Below are positions 7,875 to 17,156 of a DNA stretch of 25,506 nt, one piece after another; positions within the stretch are counted from its first letter, which is position 1, and the number at the start of each line of letters is the position of its first letter. Origin of the DNA: Nitrososphaerota archaeon (GTDB lineage: Archaea; Thermoproteota; Nitrososphaeria; Nitrososphaerales; JAHFOH01). The DNA lies in NCBI GenBank assembly GCA_023266955.1, contig JAHFOH010000004.1:1-25506 (forward strand). Reading direction: 5' to 3'. The translations under genes were made by a program, and so were the position numbers. The notes beneath the pieces were generated by a model, which worked only from the letters and a program-made list of their open reading frames with translations, was not told the origin of the DNA and ran no database searches.

Positions 7875-7900
7875 GTTTCTCCCAGTTAGAGGTGACTCTT

Positions 7901-9616
7901 TTGGCCCAAATGTCCGGCGCAAAAGCCTTGATGGAAGCGCTTCGGCGCGAAGGTGTAGACGTAGTCTTCGGTATTCCTGGCGGAGCCAACCTCCCCATCT
8001 ATGATGCTCTCTATGATTCGGGGATTAGGCATATCCTAGCACGTCATGAGCAATCGGCAGCGCACATGGCGGACGGATTTGGCAGAGTTAGCGGCAGACC
8101 AGGAGTCTGCATGGCAACCTCTGGACCAGGTGCCACTAACCTAGTTACGGGTCTCGCAACTGCCTACATGGATTCTTCACCCGTCGTAGCGATAACTGGC
8201 CAAGTCCCAAGAGCGATGATAGGCAAGGATGCGTTTCAGGAGACGGACGTAATTGGGGTCGTCACTTCTATCACAAAGTACACGTTCCAACCCAAGAAAA
8301 GTAGTGAAATTCCTGAAGCCATCAAGAAGGCATTCTATATAGCTTCAACAGGTAGACCCGCTCCGGTTCTAGTTGACATTCCGAAGGACGTGCAGACGGA
8401 AGTCGAAGAGATGAACTTTCCTGACAAGGTTGAGATTCGAGGCTACAGTCCTCAAAGAACTCCTGACCCGATTCAGATCGAACGCGCTTCTGAGATACTG
8501 ATGAGAGCCGAAAGGCCAGTTCTATGGGGAGGTGGAGGCATTAGGATCTCTAACGCGTCCCAGCCGTTCCAAGCCATAGCGGAGCTACTCCTGGCTCCAG
8601 TAGTTACCTCGCTTCAAGGTAAGGGCGCATTTCCCGAGAACCATCCTTTGTCCCTAGGTCCCATGGGAATGCACGGCAGGGCAGAGTCGAATAAGCTGGT
8701 GCAAGAGTGTGACGCCCTGCTTGCAGTGGGAGTTCGCTTTTCAGATAGAACTACCGGCAAAGCGAGCGACTTCTGCCCTGGCGCTAAAATTATACATCTT
8801 GATGTAGATCCTTCTGAGATAGGGAAGAACAAGGCAGTAGAAGTATACATTGTAGGTGATGCGCAAGAAACACTAAATCAACTCTACTCTTCTCTCTCAA
8901 ATAGGATGGACAAGAGAGATGGCCCTTATCCCTGGCTCCAGAGAGTAAAGGAAGTTCGGGAAGAACTGCGTAACATCCCAGGCTACAGAGAAAACTCTGC
9001 CGACTTGTCTGGACCAAAAATTGTGAGGAAACTGAGAGAGATCCTACCTCCAGATGCCATCCTCACAACCGGAGTAGGTAGGCACCAGATGTGGGCAGAG
9101 TTGCACTACAAGGTTCTGAAGTCGAGGACTTGGATCACATCTACCGGTTTGGGGACTATGGGATTTGGCCTTCCAGCAGCAGTAGGTGCTAAAGTTGCTA
9201 GACCTGATGTACCTGTGGTGGACTTGGATGGGGATGGATCGTTCCTGATGACGGAAAACTGCCTTGCCACTTGCATAGATGAGGGCATACCGCTAACAGT
9301 CGTAATCCTCAACGATAACAGTCTCGGCATGGTTGAACAGTGGCAGCGAATCTTCTACAATAGAAGGTACATGGGAGTCAAACTAGGCAAAAGCCCCGAC
9401 ATGGTCAGGCTCGCTGAAGCATACGGGGCACAGGGCATCAGAGTTGGTTCGCTCGAAGAGTTTGAGAGATCATTGAAACAGTCCATCAACGACGACGTAG
9501 TAACTGTCATTGACGTCCCCGTTTCGCCTGAAGAGGACGTATTCCCATTCATGCCTCCCGGGAAATCTCTGAAGGATACGATTCACGGAGCACCGCAGGA
9601 GATGGCTGTCTTTTGA
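7901..9616 (+). CDS. ilvB: Acetolactate synthase, large subunit
   Basis: FGIPGG, RHEQSAAHMADG, TSGPGATN, ITGQV, GTMGFGLPAA, GDGSF..NNSLGMVEQWQ TPP motif. Start reassigned from 7862 to TTG 7901, 5 nt after the RBS GAGGTGA; ATG 7910 is the alternative. Confidence 0.96.
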   Translation: MAQMSGAKALMEALRREGVDVVFGIPGGANLPIYDALYDSGIRHILARHEQSAAHMADGFGRVSGRPGVCMATSGPGATNLVTGLATAYMDSSPVVAITGQVPRAMIGKDAFQETDVIGVVTSITKYTFQPKKSSEIPEAIKKAFYIASTGRPAPVLVDIPKDVQTEVEEMNFPDKVEIRGYSPQRTPDPIQIERASEILMRAERPVLWGGGGIRISNASQPFQAIAELLLAPVVTSLQGKGAFPENHPLSLGPMGMHGRAESNKLVQECDALLAVGVRFSDRTTGKASDFCPGAKIIHLDVDPSEIGKNKAVEVYIVGDAQETLNQLYSSLSNRMDKRDGPYPWLQRVKEVREELRNIPGYRENSADLSGPKIVRKLREILPPDAILTTGVGRHQMWAELHYKVLKSRTWITSTGLGTMGFGLPAAVGAKVARPDVPVVDLDGDGSFLMTENCLATCIDEGIPLTVVILNDNSLGMVEQWQRIFYNRRYMGVKLGKSPDMVRLAEAYGAQGIRVGSLEEFERSLKQSINDDVVTVIDVPVSPEEDVFPFMPPGKSLKDTIHGAPQEMAVF

Positions 9617-10086
9617 TCCAAATCTACATCTTGTCCGCTATAGTTGAGAACAAGCCCGGAGTTTTGTTCAGAGTCTCTAGCATGATAAGACGAAGAGGCT
9701 TCAATATTGAGAGCATTACCGTAGGCGCCCTTAAGGAAAAGGATCTCTCTCGAATGACTCTAACAATAAGAGCTGACGAGACGACTGTCGAAAACGTCGT
9801 AAAACAGCTCCGCAAACTCATAGACATACTTGATGTGAGTGTTTTTGAAGCTAAAGATACAGTTGCAAGGGAACTGGCATTAGTGAAGCTTAGCGCCGAC
9901 GATGCTAAGCTCATTCTTGAGCGAACCCCTGCATCAAACTGTCGAATTATCGATTCTTCATCGGACCCAGTCGTGCTCGAGATTACTGGTACTGCAGAGG
10001 AGATCGATTCGTTCTTTGAGGCTGCAGATAGATTCAGAGCTATCGAAGTTTCTAGAACAGGAATTACAGCGTTGTCGAGGGGGTAA
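9613..10086 (+). CDS. ilvH: Acetolactate synthase, small regulatory (ACT) subunit
   Basis: VENKPGVLFRVSSMIRRRGFNIESITVG, RELALVK, EVSRTG; 4-nt overlap with ilvB. Confidence 0.93.
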   Translation: MIQIYILSAIVENKPGVLFRVSSMIRRRGFNIESITVGALKEKDLSRMTLTIRADETTVENVVKQLRKLIDILDVSVFEAKDTVARELALVKLSADDAKLILERTPASNCRIIDSSSDPVVLEITGTAEEIDSFFEAADRFRAIEVSRTGITALSRG

Positions 10087-10088
10087 AA

Positions 10089-11678
10089 GTGGCGGAAAGC
10101 GACATCCCGGACAATCAGCCTTTTGTTAGAATCTTCGACACCACACTTAGGGATGGAGAGCAGACTCCAGGCGTAGCCTTGACCCCTGAAAAGAAGCTGC
10201 AGATAGCACGTCAACTCGACCGGCTTGGGGTAGATACAATCGAAGCAGGTTTCCCAATAACTTCACAGGGAGAACGCGAAGCGATCAAGCTTATCGCTAA
10301 GGATGGTCTTCGTGCCGAAATCTGTGCGTTGTCTCGTGCAGAAAAGGAAGACATTGATGCAGCCATAGGCTGCGGCGTATCTGCAATCCACATCTTCCTC
10401 GCGGCTTCAGATCTGCACCTAAAGTATAAGCTAATGATCACTAGGGAGGAGGCTCTACGTAATGCTGTCGAGGCGATCGAGTACGCAAAGAGACATGGCG
10501 TAACAGTCGAATTCTCAGCCGAGGATGCAACTAGGGCAGATCAAGAGTTCCTAGTTCGTTTCTTCAGATCCGCTTCTGAGGCTGGGGCAGATAGGCTTGA
10601 CATACCTGATACTGTGGGCGTCATGACGCCCGAGAGAATGTCCAACCTTGTAACAAAAATCTACTCTGCATGCGCCGCTCGTATCAGCGTCCATTGCCAC
10701 GACGACTTTGGACTAGCGGTAGCAAATACCCTAGCAGGAATCAAGGCAGGTGCTAGTCAAGCTCATGTAACCATCAATGGCCTCGGTGAGAGAGCGGGCA
10801 ACGCCTCCCTAGAAGAAGTAGTGATGGCACTTCATGAGCTTAAGGGAATCAAGACAAGAGTAAACACTAGATTGCTGTATGAGACGTCTAGATTAGTGTC
10901 AAAACTTACTGGCGTGATAGTTCAACCGAACAAGGCAATCGTTGGAGAGAATGCATTTGGACATGAATCAGGTATACACACACACGGAATTCTGGCGAAT
11001 CCATTGACGTACGAACCTTTTGATCCTTCTGCCTTGGGTCGGGCTAGGTGGCTTCAGGCAGGAAAACATGCTGGCACGCATGGAATAGAGGCGCAGCTAA
11101 AGGCAATGCGCCTGTATCCTGGTAGGGAGGAATTAAAGGAGATAGTAAGCAAAGTGAAGGAGCTTGGTGATCTGGGTAAAAGGGTAACTGATTCCGACCT
11201 CTACCTAATTGCCGTGAATGTGACGAAGAGAGACCGATCTGACCGCGACCTCGTGAAACTGGTCAATCTTGAAGTCAAGACTGGCGTAGGCATTACGCCC
11301 ATAGCTCATGTTGAGCTCAGAATAGGAGAGAAGATTCATTCCAGAACGGAGGTCGGCGTAGGACCGATTGATGCTGCAATAAAGGCGATTCAAAGTATAA
11401 CGAGTGGAAGCGCAAATATTAGACTAAAGGAGTACAGACTTGACGCAATCACTGGAGGTTCGGACGCTCCGGCGGAGGCCATCATAGTGGTCGAGGATAA
11501 GGATGGGTATACGGCTTCTGCCAGGGCCATAGGCGACGATGTTGTGGTTACAAGCGTCCAAGCTATGATACAAGGAATCAACGCGATTTTACTTAAGAAC
11601 ATACCTTCAACATATGTAACCAGAGCGGAGACAAAGTCTTCTCTTATGCCCCCTGGCGAAGAAATTGACTCTAAATGA
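10089..11678 (+). CDS. leuA: 2-isopropylmalate synthase (LeuA/CimA family)
   Basis: FDTTLRDGEQTPG, EAGFP, FSAEDA, PDTVG, HCHDDFGLA, GLGERAGN, HESGIH, C-terminal regulatory domain (GVGPIDA). LeuA versus CimA specificity cannot be settled by eye. Confidence 0.88.
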   Translation: MAESDIPDNQPFVRIFDTTLRDGEQTPGVALTPEKKLQIARQLDRLGVDTIEAGFPITSQGEREAIKLIAKDGLRAEICALSRAEKEDIDAAIGCGVSAIHIFLAASDLHLKYKLMITREEALRNAVEAIEYAKRHGVTVEFSAEDATRADQEFLVRFFRSASEAGADRLDIPDTVGVMTPERMSNLVTKIYSACAARISVHCHDDFGLAVANTLAGIKAGASQAHVTINGLGERAGNASLEEVVMALHELKGIKTRVNTRLLYETSRLVSKLTGVIVQPNKAIVGENAFGHESGIHTHGILANPLTYEPFDPSALGRARWLQAGKHAGTHGIEAQLKAMRLYPGREELKEIVSKVKELGDLGKRVTDSDLYLIAVNVTKRDRSDRDLVKLVNLEVKTGVGITPIAHVELRIGEKIHSRTEVGVGPIDAAIKAIQSITSGSANIRLKEYRLDAITGGSDAPAEAIIVVEDKDGYTASARAIGDDVVVTSVQAMIQGINAILLKNIPSTYVTRAETKSSLMPPGEEIDSK

Positions 11679-11712
11679 CAGTGAATTACAGTAGTATAAT
11701 CTTGAGGTTCTA

Positions 11713-12756
11713 ATGACCAAATACAGGATCTGCCTGCTCCCAGGAGATGGAGTCGGTCCCGAAGTAAGTGAGGCCACTTTGCAGGTGTTGAATGCTCTAG
11801 CCGACTACCTAGACTCAAAGCTTGACATCCGGTTTATCGAAGGAGGCGATAACTACGCTCAAAGGTATGGCCAACCTCTTCCCGAGGAGGCTATACTTGC
11901 GATCAGGGATTCCGACGCGTGTCTAAAGGGTCCTGTTGGGGCCACCGCGATGGATGTAACGGTCAGGCTGAGGCAAATGTTTGATCTCTATGCGAATGTT
12001 AGACCAATAAAATCGTACTCAAACGTTCAGAGCTTAAGTGATAACGTCGACTTCGTCATAGTCAGAGAAAACACTGAGGATCTTTACAAAGGATTTGAGT
12101 TTGAGTTGGATGATACCACCGTAGCGCTGAGGGTAATTACAAAGAAAAGCTGCCTCAGGATTGCAGAATATGCTTTCAGGCTGGCTCGTGAACGGAACAA
12201 CAAGAAAAGCGTGGTCGCCGTTCACAAGGCTAACGTCATGCGAAAGACCTGTGGCACTTTCCTTGCTGCGTGTAGGGAAGTCGCTAGGAGTCATGAAGAA
12301 ATCAACTTCTCTGATATGCTGGTCGATACAGCAGCTATGAACCTCATTCGAAGACCTGATTCCTTTGACGTTATAGTTACAACAAATGTGTTTGGAGATA
12401 TTCTGTCCGATGAAGCAGCTCAAATTGTCGGTGGGCTGGGAATGGCTCCTTCTGCGAATATTGGTGAAAATTTTGCGTTGTTTGAGCCAGTTCATGGGTC
12501 AGCCCCTGACATAGCTGGCCTTGGGGTTGCGAACCCATTATCAATGATACTTTCTGCTAAAATGATGCTCGAATGGATAGGCTCGACGCGTAATGATGAT
12601 AAATTCAGGAAGGCTGCAGCTTTCCTGCAGAGAGCGGTAGAGAGGACGCTGCTTCAGGGTGTAAAAACTCCAGACATCGGTGGCACCAGTAAGACTACAG
12701 ATGTGGCTTCGGCTGTACGTGAATCCCTTTCCTTAGGCGTTCGATCATTAGCATGA
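11713..12756 (+). CDS. leuB: 3-isopropylmalate dehydrogenase (archaeal isocitrate/isopropylmalate DH family)
   Basis: LPGDGVGPEV, LYANVRP, VRENTEDLY, VHKANV, NVFGDILSD, FEPVHGSAPDIAG; operon context. Confidence 0.9.
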   Translation: MTKYRICLLPGDGVGPEVSEATLQVLNALADYLDSKLDIRFIEGGDNYAQRYGQPLPEEAILAIRDSDACLKGPVGATAMDVTVRLRQMFDLYANVRPIKSYSNVQSLSDNVDFVIVRENTEDLYKGFEFELDDTTVALRVITKKSCLRIAEYAFRLARERNNKKSVVAVHKANVMRKTCGTFLAACREVARSHEEINFSDMLVDTAAMNLIRRPDSFDVIVTTNVFGDILSDEAAQIVGGLGMAPSANIGENFALFEPVHGSAPDIAGLGVANPLSMILSAKMMLEWIGSTRNDDKFRKAAAFLQRAVERTLLQGVKTPDIGGTSKTTDVASAVRESLSLGVRSLA

Positions 12757-13727
12757 CTCCATTCAACTATGTCTGGATGAATGGTAACTTTGTTACTTCT
12801 AAGGACGCTACTGTCCCTATCCTTACTCATACTCTGCACTACGGAACCGGAGTTTTCGAAGGAATACGTGCCTACCCCGTCGGCAATGATTTAATCATCT
12901 TTAGACTTCAAGAGCACATGGAGAGGCTCATTCGCTCAGCAAAGATGGTCTACCTGAATCCTCGCTACACTGCTGACCAACTTTCTATTGTGACGGTGGA
13001 ATTGATGAGAAAGAATGAAGTGCGTCGCTCGGCTTACATTCGCCCTATCATTTTCACGGGCTCAGAAAGTTTAGACTTAGATCTTAGAAAGTCCTCACTT
13101 CATGCAGCGATAGCAGTGATCCCTTTCGACAAGTACTTCGAAAAGGATGGTCTCAAAGCCTGCATCTCGAATTGGAGGAAAATATCAGATTCATCTTCGC
13201 CTACGAAGGCCAAAGCCTCCGGCAATTATCTGAATTGCGTTTTGGCTAAGACGGAAGCGGGAATTAATGGTTATGACGAAGCCTTACTCCTGAGCCAAGA
13301 TGGCACTGTCTGCGAGGGCTCCGGCGAGAACATTTTCATAGTTAGAAACAGAGAGCTTTACACCCCGCCATTATCCTCGCCAATACTCGCAGGTATTACA
13401 CGAGACTCTATTATCACACTAGCTCGAGATGATGGTATGCGAGTATTCGAGAAGGAGATTACGCGAGCGGAGCTGTACTCTAGTGACGAGGTCTTTCTTA
13501 CAGGCACAGCGGCTGAGGTATCATCAGTAGTAGAGATCGACGAGAGAAAGATAGGCAATGGAAGGAAGGGACCAATAACTACTAGGATACAGGAGCTGTT
13601 TTCCCTGCTACTTGCATGCAAGCTCGATAAATACTTCGCATGGCTCACTCATGTCTACACCGAGAATCAATCCATCAAGGCCGCAATCACTAAGAATAGA
13701 CAACCCAGAATGAAACGAAGGAGTTGA
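12753..13727 (+). CDS. ilvE: Branched-chain amino acid aminotransferase (class IV)
   Basis: LHYGTGVFEGIRAY, YIRP, KAKASGNY, EGSGENIF, LAGITR, EVFLTGTAAEV. Confidence 0.96.
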   Translation: MTPFNYVWMNGNFVTSKDATVPILTHTLHYGTGVFEGIRAYPVGNDLIIFRLQEHMERLIRSAKMVYLNPRYTADQLSIVTVELMRKNEVRRSAYIRPIIFTGSESLDLDLRKSSLHAAIAVIPFDKYFEKDGLKACISNWRKISDSSSPTKAKASGNYLNCVLAKTEAGINGYDEALLLSQDGTVCEGSGENIFIVRNRELYTPPLSSPILAGITRDSIITLARDDGMRVFEKEITRAELYSSDEVFLTGTAAEVSSVVEIDERKIGNGRKGPITTRIQELFSLLLACKLDKYFAWLTHVYTENQSIKAAITKNRQPRMKRRS

Positions 13728-13730
13728 GAG

Positions 13731-15176
13731 ATAGGCTCGACAATCTTTTCGAAGATTTTTGATGCGCATGTTTTAGCTGAGCGATCCGACGGTCAGTCGC
13801 TCATCTATATTGACAGGCATCTGACGCACGAAGTAACCTCGCCTTTGGCGTTCGAGGGGTTACGGAAAGCGGGCCGACGAGTAAGTAGACCAGACCTAAC
13901 CTTCGCAGTCATGGATCACAACGTGCCGACGGGTGATCGAGCGCTGCCTGTTCTCGACGACATGTCTGGCAAGCAGATGGATGCATTGGCTAGGAACTCG
14001 GCGGAGTTTGGTATCACATGCTTCGATTATTTAAGCCCCTTCCAAGGGATTGTCCACATCATCGGTCCGGAACTTGGGCTAACATTGCCCGGGACTACGA
14101 TTGTGTGCGGCGATAGTCATACTGCCACCCATGGAGCTTTTGGTGCCCTCGCGTTGGGAATCGGGACCAGCGAGGGTGAGCATGTCTTTGCGACCCAGGC
14201 GCTGTGGCTTCGAAAGCCGAAGCAGATGGATATTCGGCTCTCCGGTAGGCTACCAAATGGTGTAACTGCTAAGGACGTCATCTTATGGATCATTCGACGC
14301 ATCGGTACGGGTGGCGCGATTGGCCATGTCGTCGAATACACTGGCGACACGGTCGAGCAGCTTTCGATTGAGGAGCGGATGACACTGACAAACATGGCGA
14401 TCGAAGCTGGCGCACGAACAGCCATCATATCCCCTGACGAGAAGACTTTCAACTACCTTCGTAATGCACTATATGCTCCGCAAGGGGACGAGTGGGACGC
14501 AGCTGTCCAATACTGGCGTTCGCTTCGAACCGATTCCAACGCGCAATACGATACATCTTTGCATTTTGATGTGAATAACCTAGCCCCTCAGGTAACGTGG
14601 GGAACTAACCCCGCCATGACTGTAAGTGTGACTGAGAATGTGCCCTCGCCCGAGGATTTCGCTGACGCAAGTGACAAAGCGGCTGTGATGCGAGCGTTAA
14701 AGTATATGGGATTGCAGCCTGGCATGAAGGTCACCGACATCAGGATTGACGTGGTCTTTATCGGCTCCTGCACTAATGCACGGCTTTCAGACCTGATTGA
14801 TGTGGCGCGAGTCGTAAAGGGCAGACGCGTGACACCTTCGGTTCGAACGATGATTGTGCCAGGGTCCCAGCTAGTTAAGAGGCGAGCTGAGCAGCTAGGG
14901 CTGCACAGAATCTTCATAGAGGCCGGATTTGAATGGCGGAACTCTGGGTGTAGCATGTGCATTGCCATGAACGAGGACAAGCTCGGAAATGGCGAAAGAT
15001 GCGCAAGTACCTCAAACAGGAATTTCGAGAACCGCCAGGGACCTGGAGGACGCACCCATCTGGTAAGTCCCCTGATGGCTGCAGCTGCCGCGGTGGAGGG
15101 GAGGTTCGTGGACGTACGAGAGTTGGATTTGTTAAATGTTGAAGAGTTGGAGTTGAAAGGTGGATTTAATGCCTGA
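13731..15176 (+). CDS. leuC: 3-isopropylmalate dehydratase large subunit (long, bacterial-like type); apparent ATA start
   Basis: DHNVPT, CGDSHT, IGSCTNAR, GCSMC, STSNRNFENRQG. The conserved N-terminus (I)GSTIFSKIFDAHV..YIDRHLTHEVTSP lies upstream of the track's start (13845). It begins at ATA 13731, 7 nt after GGAG; in-frame TGA at 13725. Confidence 0.92.
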   Translation: MGSTIFSKIFDAHVLAERSDGQSLIYIDRHLTHEVTSPLAFEGLRKAGRRVSRPDLTFAVMDHNVPTGDRALPVLDDMSGKQMDALARNSAEFGITCFDYLSPFQGIVHIIGPELGLTLPGTTIVCGDSHTATHGAFGALALGIGTSEGEHVFATQALWLRKPKQMDIRLSGRLPNGVTAKDVILWIIRRIGTGGAIGHVVEYTGDTVEQLSIEERMTLTNMAIEAGARTAIISPDEKTFNYLRNALYAPQGDEWDAAVQYWRSLRTDSNAQYDTSLHFDVNNLAPQVTWGTNPAMTVSVTENVPSPEDFADASDKAAVMRALKYMGLQPGMKVTDIRIDVVFIGSCTNARLSDLIDVARVVKGRRVTPSVRTMIVPGSQLVKRRAEQLGLHRIFIEAGFEWRNSGCSMCIAMNEDKLGNGERCASTSNRNFENRQGPGGRTHLVSPLMAAAAAVEGRFVDVRELDLLNVEELELKGGFNA

Positions 15177-15795
15177 GCCTGTTCGCGAGGTTGTTGGCAA
15201 GGCGGCACCCTTAGAAGCTGACGATGTCGATACTGACCAAATCATCCCCGCTCAATTTCTCAAAGTGATAGAGAGGGACGGGTTGGGCAGGTATCTGTTC
15301 TATCGCTGGCGATATGATGAGCAAGGCAAACCCGTGCAGGGCTTTGTCCTGGACCGCGAAGAGTTTCGAGGTGCCGGGATTCTCGTAGTGGGTCGTAACT
15401 TCGGCATTGGTTCTTCCAGGGAGAATGCCGTTTGGGCCTTGATGGATGCAGGAATAAAGTGTGTCATAGCCACCTCTTTTGGCGATATATTCTACAACAA
15501 TGCCTCGAAGAATGGGCTTCTATGCGTCAAGTTGTCAGGAGAGAGCGTCAAGCACCTGAGAGAGAAGGCAAAATCGGGAACGCTAAGCCTAACCGTCTCT
15601 TTGGATGATCAGGTCGTCAATTATCTGGACGGCAAAATACCATTTGAGATCGAGACGCACATAAAGGAGAGGCTTCGCAGCGGATTGGATGATATCGCAA
15701 TGACGCTGTCAATGTATAAAAGTAAAATCAAGCACTATGAGGAAAAGATGCCGACCTTCCTTATGCCCAAGGCTCGCAGATCACCGTTGGAATAG
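15169..15795 (+). CDS. leuD: 3-isopropylmalate dehydratase small subunit
   Basis: DVDTDQIIPAQFL, NFGIGSSRENA, SFGDIFYNN, GLDDI; ATG 15169 follows the RBS GGTGG. Confidence 0.94.
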   Translation: MPEPVREVVGKAAPLEADDVDTDQIIPAQFLKVIERDGLGRYLFYRWRYDEQGKPVQGFVLDREEFRGAGILVVGRNFGIGSSRENAVWALMDAGIKCVIATSFGDIFYNNASKNGLLCVKLSGESVKHLREKAKSGTLSLTVSLDDQVVNYLDGKIPFEIETHIKERLRSGLDDIAMTLSMYKSKIKHYEEKMPTFLMPKARRSPLE

Positions 15796-15826
15796 TCGCC
15801 TCCCGGTAGCTACTGGATCTCTAGTT

Positions 15827-17011
15827 ATGAAACACATCGCAGGTCGCACTCGATTCTTTACGGAGTCAGTGATCCGGGAGATGACTCGCCTAGCCCAGCG
15901 ATATGGAGCCATCAATTTGGCGCAAGGCTTTCCTGATTTCCCAGCACCACTAGAGGTAAAGGAGGCAGCCCAACGTGCCATCGCTGCTGACATCAATCAG
16001 TACGCAATCACTTGGGGTGCGAAGTCACTCCGAGACGCCATCGCATGGAAGATGGGGCACTTTCAAGAAATGACGATCGATCCTGAGCGGGAGGTGACCG
16101 TGACATGTGGTGCGACTGAGGCGATGATGGCCACAATGCTGGCGCTTGTTGACCCCGGGGAGGAGGTCATTGTGTTTGAGCCCTTCTATGAAAACTACGG
16201 GCCTGATGCGATAGTCTCGGGCGCAAAGCCTCGGTACGTGCAATTAAGGCCGCCAACTTGGGAGTTCGACGAGGAGGAGCTGAAGAGTGCGTTCTCAAGC
16301 AGGACGAAAGCGGTTATAGTTAACACGCCGCACAATCCCACAGGGAAAGTCTTCACCCGATCAATGCTTCGCTCGATCGCCGATTTGTGCGTTGATTTTG
16401 ATGTTGTAGCAGTCACCGATGAGATCTACGAGCATATCCTGTACGATGGACGAGTGCACGTTAGCCTCGCTACCTTGAACGGGATGCAAGACCGAACTGT
16501 GACTATCTCGGGCTGCTCTAAGACATATAGTGTGACAGGTTGGCGAGTGGGATATACCGTAGCTGCGCCTCGGTGGACTGACGCCATTAAAAAGGTGCAC
16601 GACTTTCTGACTGTTGGGGCTCCTGCTCCCCTGCAGGAAGCCGCAGCCCTTGCTCTGCACCAGCCAGATAAATTCTATGTTAAGCTGCGAGAGCAATATG
16701 CGGAGCGGCGTCAGGTGATGCTTCAAGTGTTGCGAGAAGCGGGTTTTCCCTACTTCCCTCCGGAAGGAGCGTACTATGTGATGACAGAGATTGGACCGCT
16801 AGGAGCTGAGGACGATGTTGAATTCGCGAATTGGTTGGTTAAGGAGATTGGCGTTGCGACAGTGCCGGGGTCGAGCTTCTATCATGATCCAACTTTAGGT
16901 AGAGGATATATTCGCTTCGCGTTTCCCAAGACATTGAACACGCTTCGCGCGGCAGAGGAGCGTCTCGTTAAGATACGAGAAAGGCGCGTTAAGCTAGCCC
17001 GACACAGCTAG
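15827..17011 (+). CDS. Class I/II PLP aminotransferase (YbdL/methionine-glutamine-kynurenine transaminase-like)
   Basis: INLAQGFPDF, VTCGATEA, EPFYENY, NTPHNPTGKVF, DEIYE, SKTYSVTGWRVG, YIRFAF. Start taken as ATG 15827 (MKHIA..), after the leuD stop. Confidence 0.88.
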   Translation: MKHIAGRTRFFTESVIREMTRLAQRYGAINLAQGFPDFPAPLEVKEAAQRAIAADINQYAITWGAKSLRDAIAWKMGHFQEMTIDPEREVTVTCGATEAMMATMLALVDPGEEVIVFEPFYENYGPDAIVSGAKPRYVQLRPPTWEFDEEELKSAFSSRTKAVIVNTPHNPTGKVFTRSMLRSIADLCVDFDVVAVTDEIYEHILYDGRVHVSLATLNGMQDRTVTISGCSKTYSVTGWRVGYTVAAPRWTDAIKKVHDFLTVGAPAPLQEAAALALHQPDKFYVKLREQYAERRQVMLQVLREAGFPYFPPEGAYYVMTEIGPLGAEDDVEFANWLVKEIGVATVPGSSFYHDPTLGRGYIRFAFPKTLNTLRAAEERLVKIRERRVKLARHS

Positions 17012-17058
17012 GGATTATTCTTCGCAGTGAAATAGACTCACGCTCGACCGACCTTAAT

Positions 17059-17074
17059 TGCCGTAGCTGCGGCA
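17059..17074. repeat. Near-perfect 16-bp palindrome
   Basis: TGCCGTAGCTGCGGCA (reverse complement TGCCGCAGCTACGGCA) between the aminotransferase and the amidase. Confidence 0.5.
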
Positions 17075-17126
17075 TCTCACCGCAGACGGGTCAACTAGCT
17101 TTGGTCGCACACAGTACATTAGCCAT

Positions 17127-17133
17127 TTTATAT
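17127..17133 (+). promoter_or_regulatory. TATA box (TTTATAT) for the leaderless amidase gene
   Basis: 23 nt upstream of ATG 17157. Confidence 0.6.
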
Positions 17134-17156
17134 CAATCCTTTTCCAGGACGCTAGC

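Noticed and set aside
7862-7900. ORF-track start for ilvB (MLVGCFSQ..)
   Set aside because: It lies inside the hairpin and upstream of the GAGGTGA RBS; TTG 7901 or ATG 7910 fits homologue length and RBS spacing.
13725-13727. Selenocysteine at the ilvE TGA
   Set aside because: The position is a non-catalytic inter-gene linker, and no Sec machinery or recognisable SECIS is visible.
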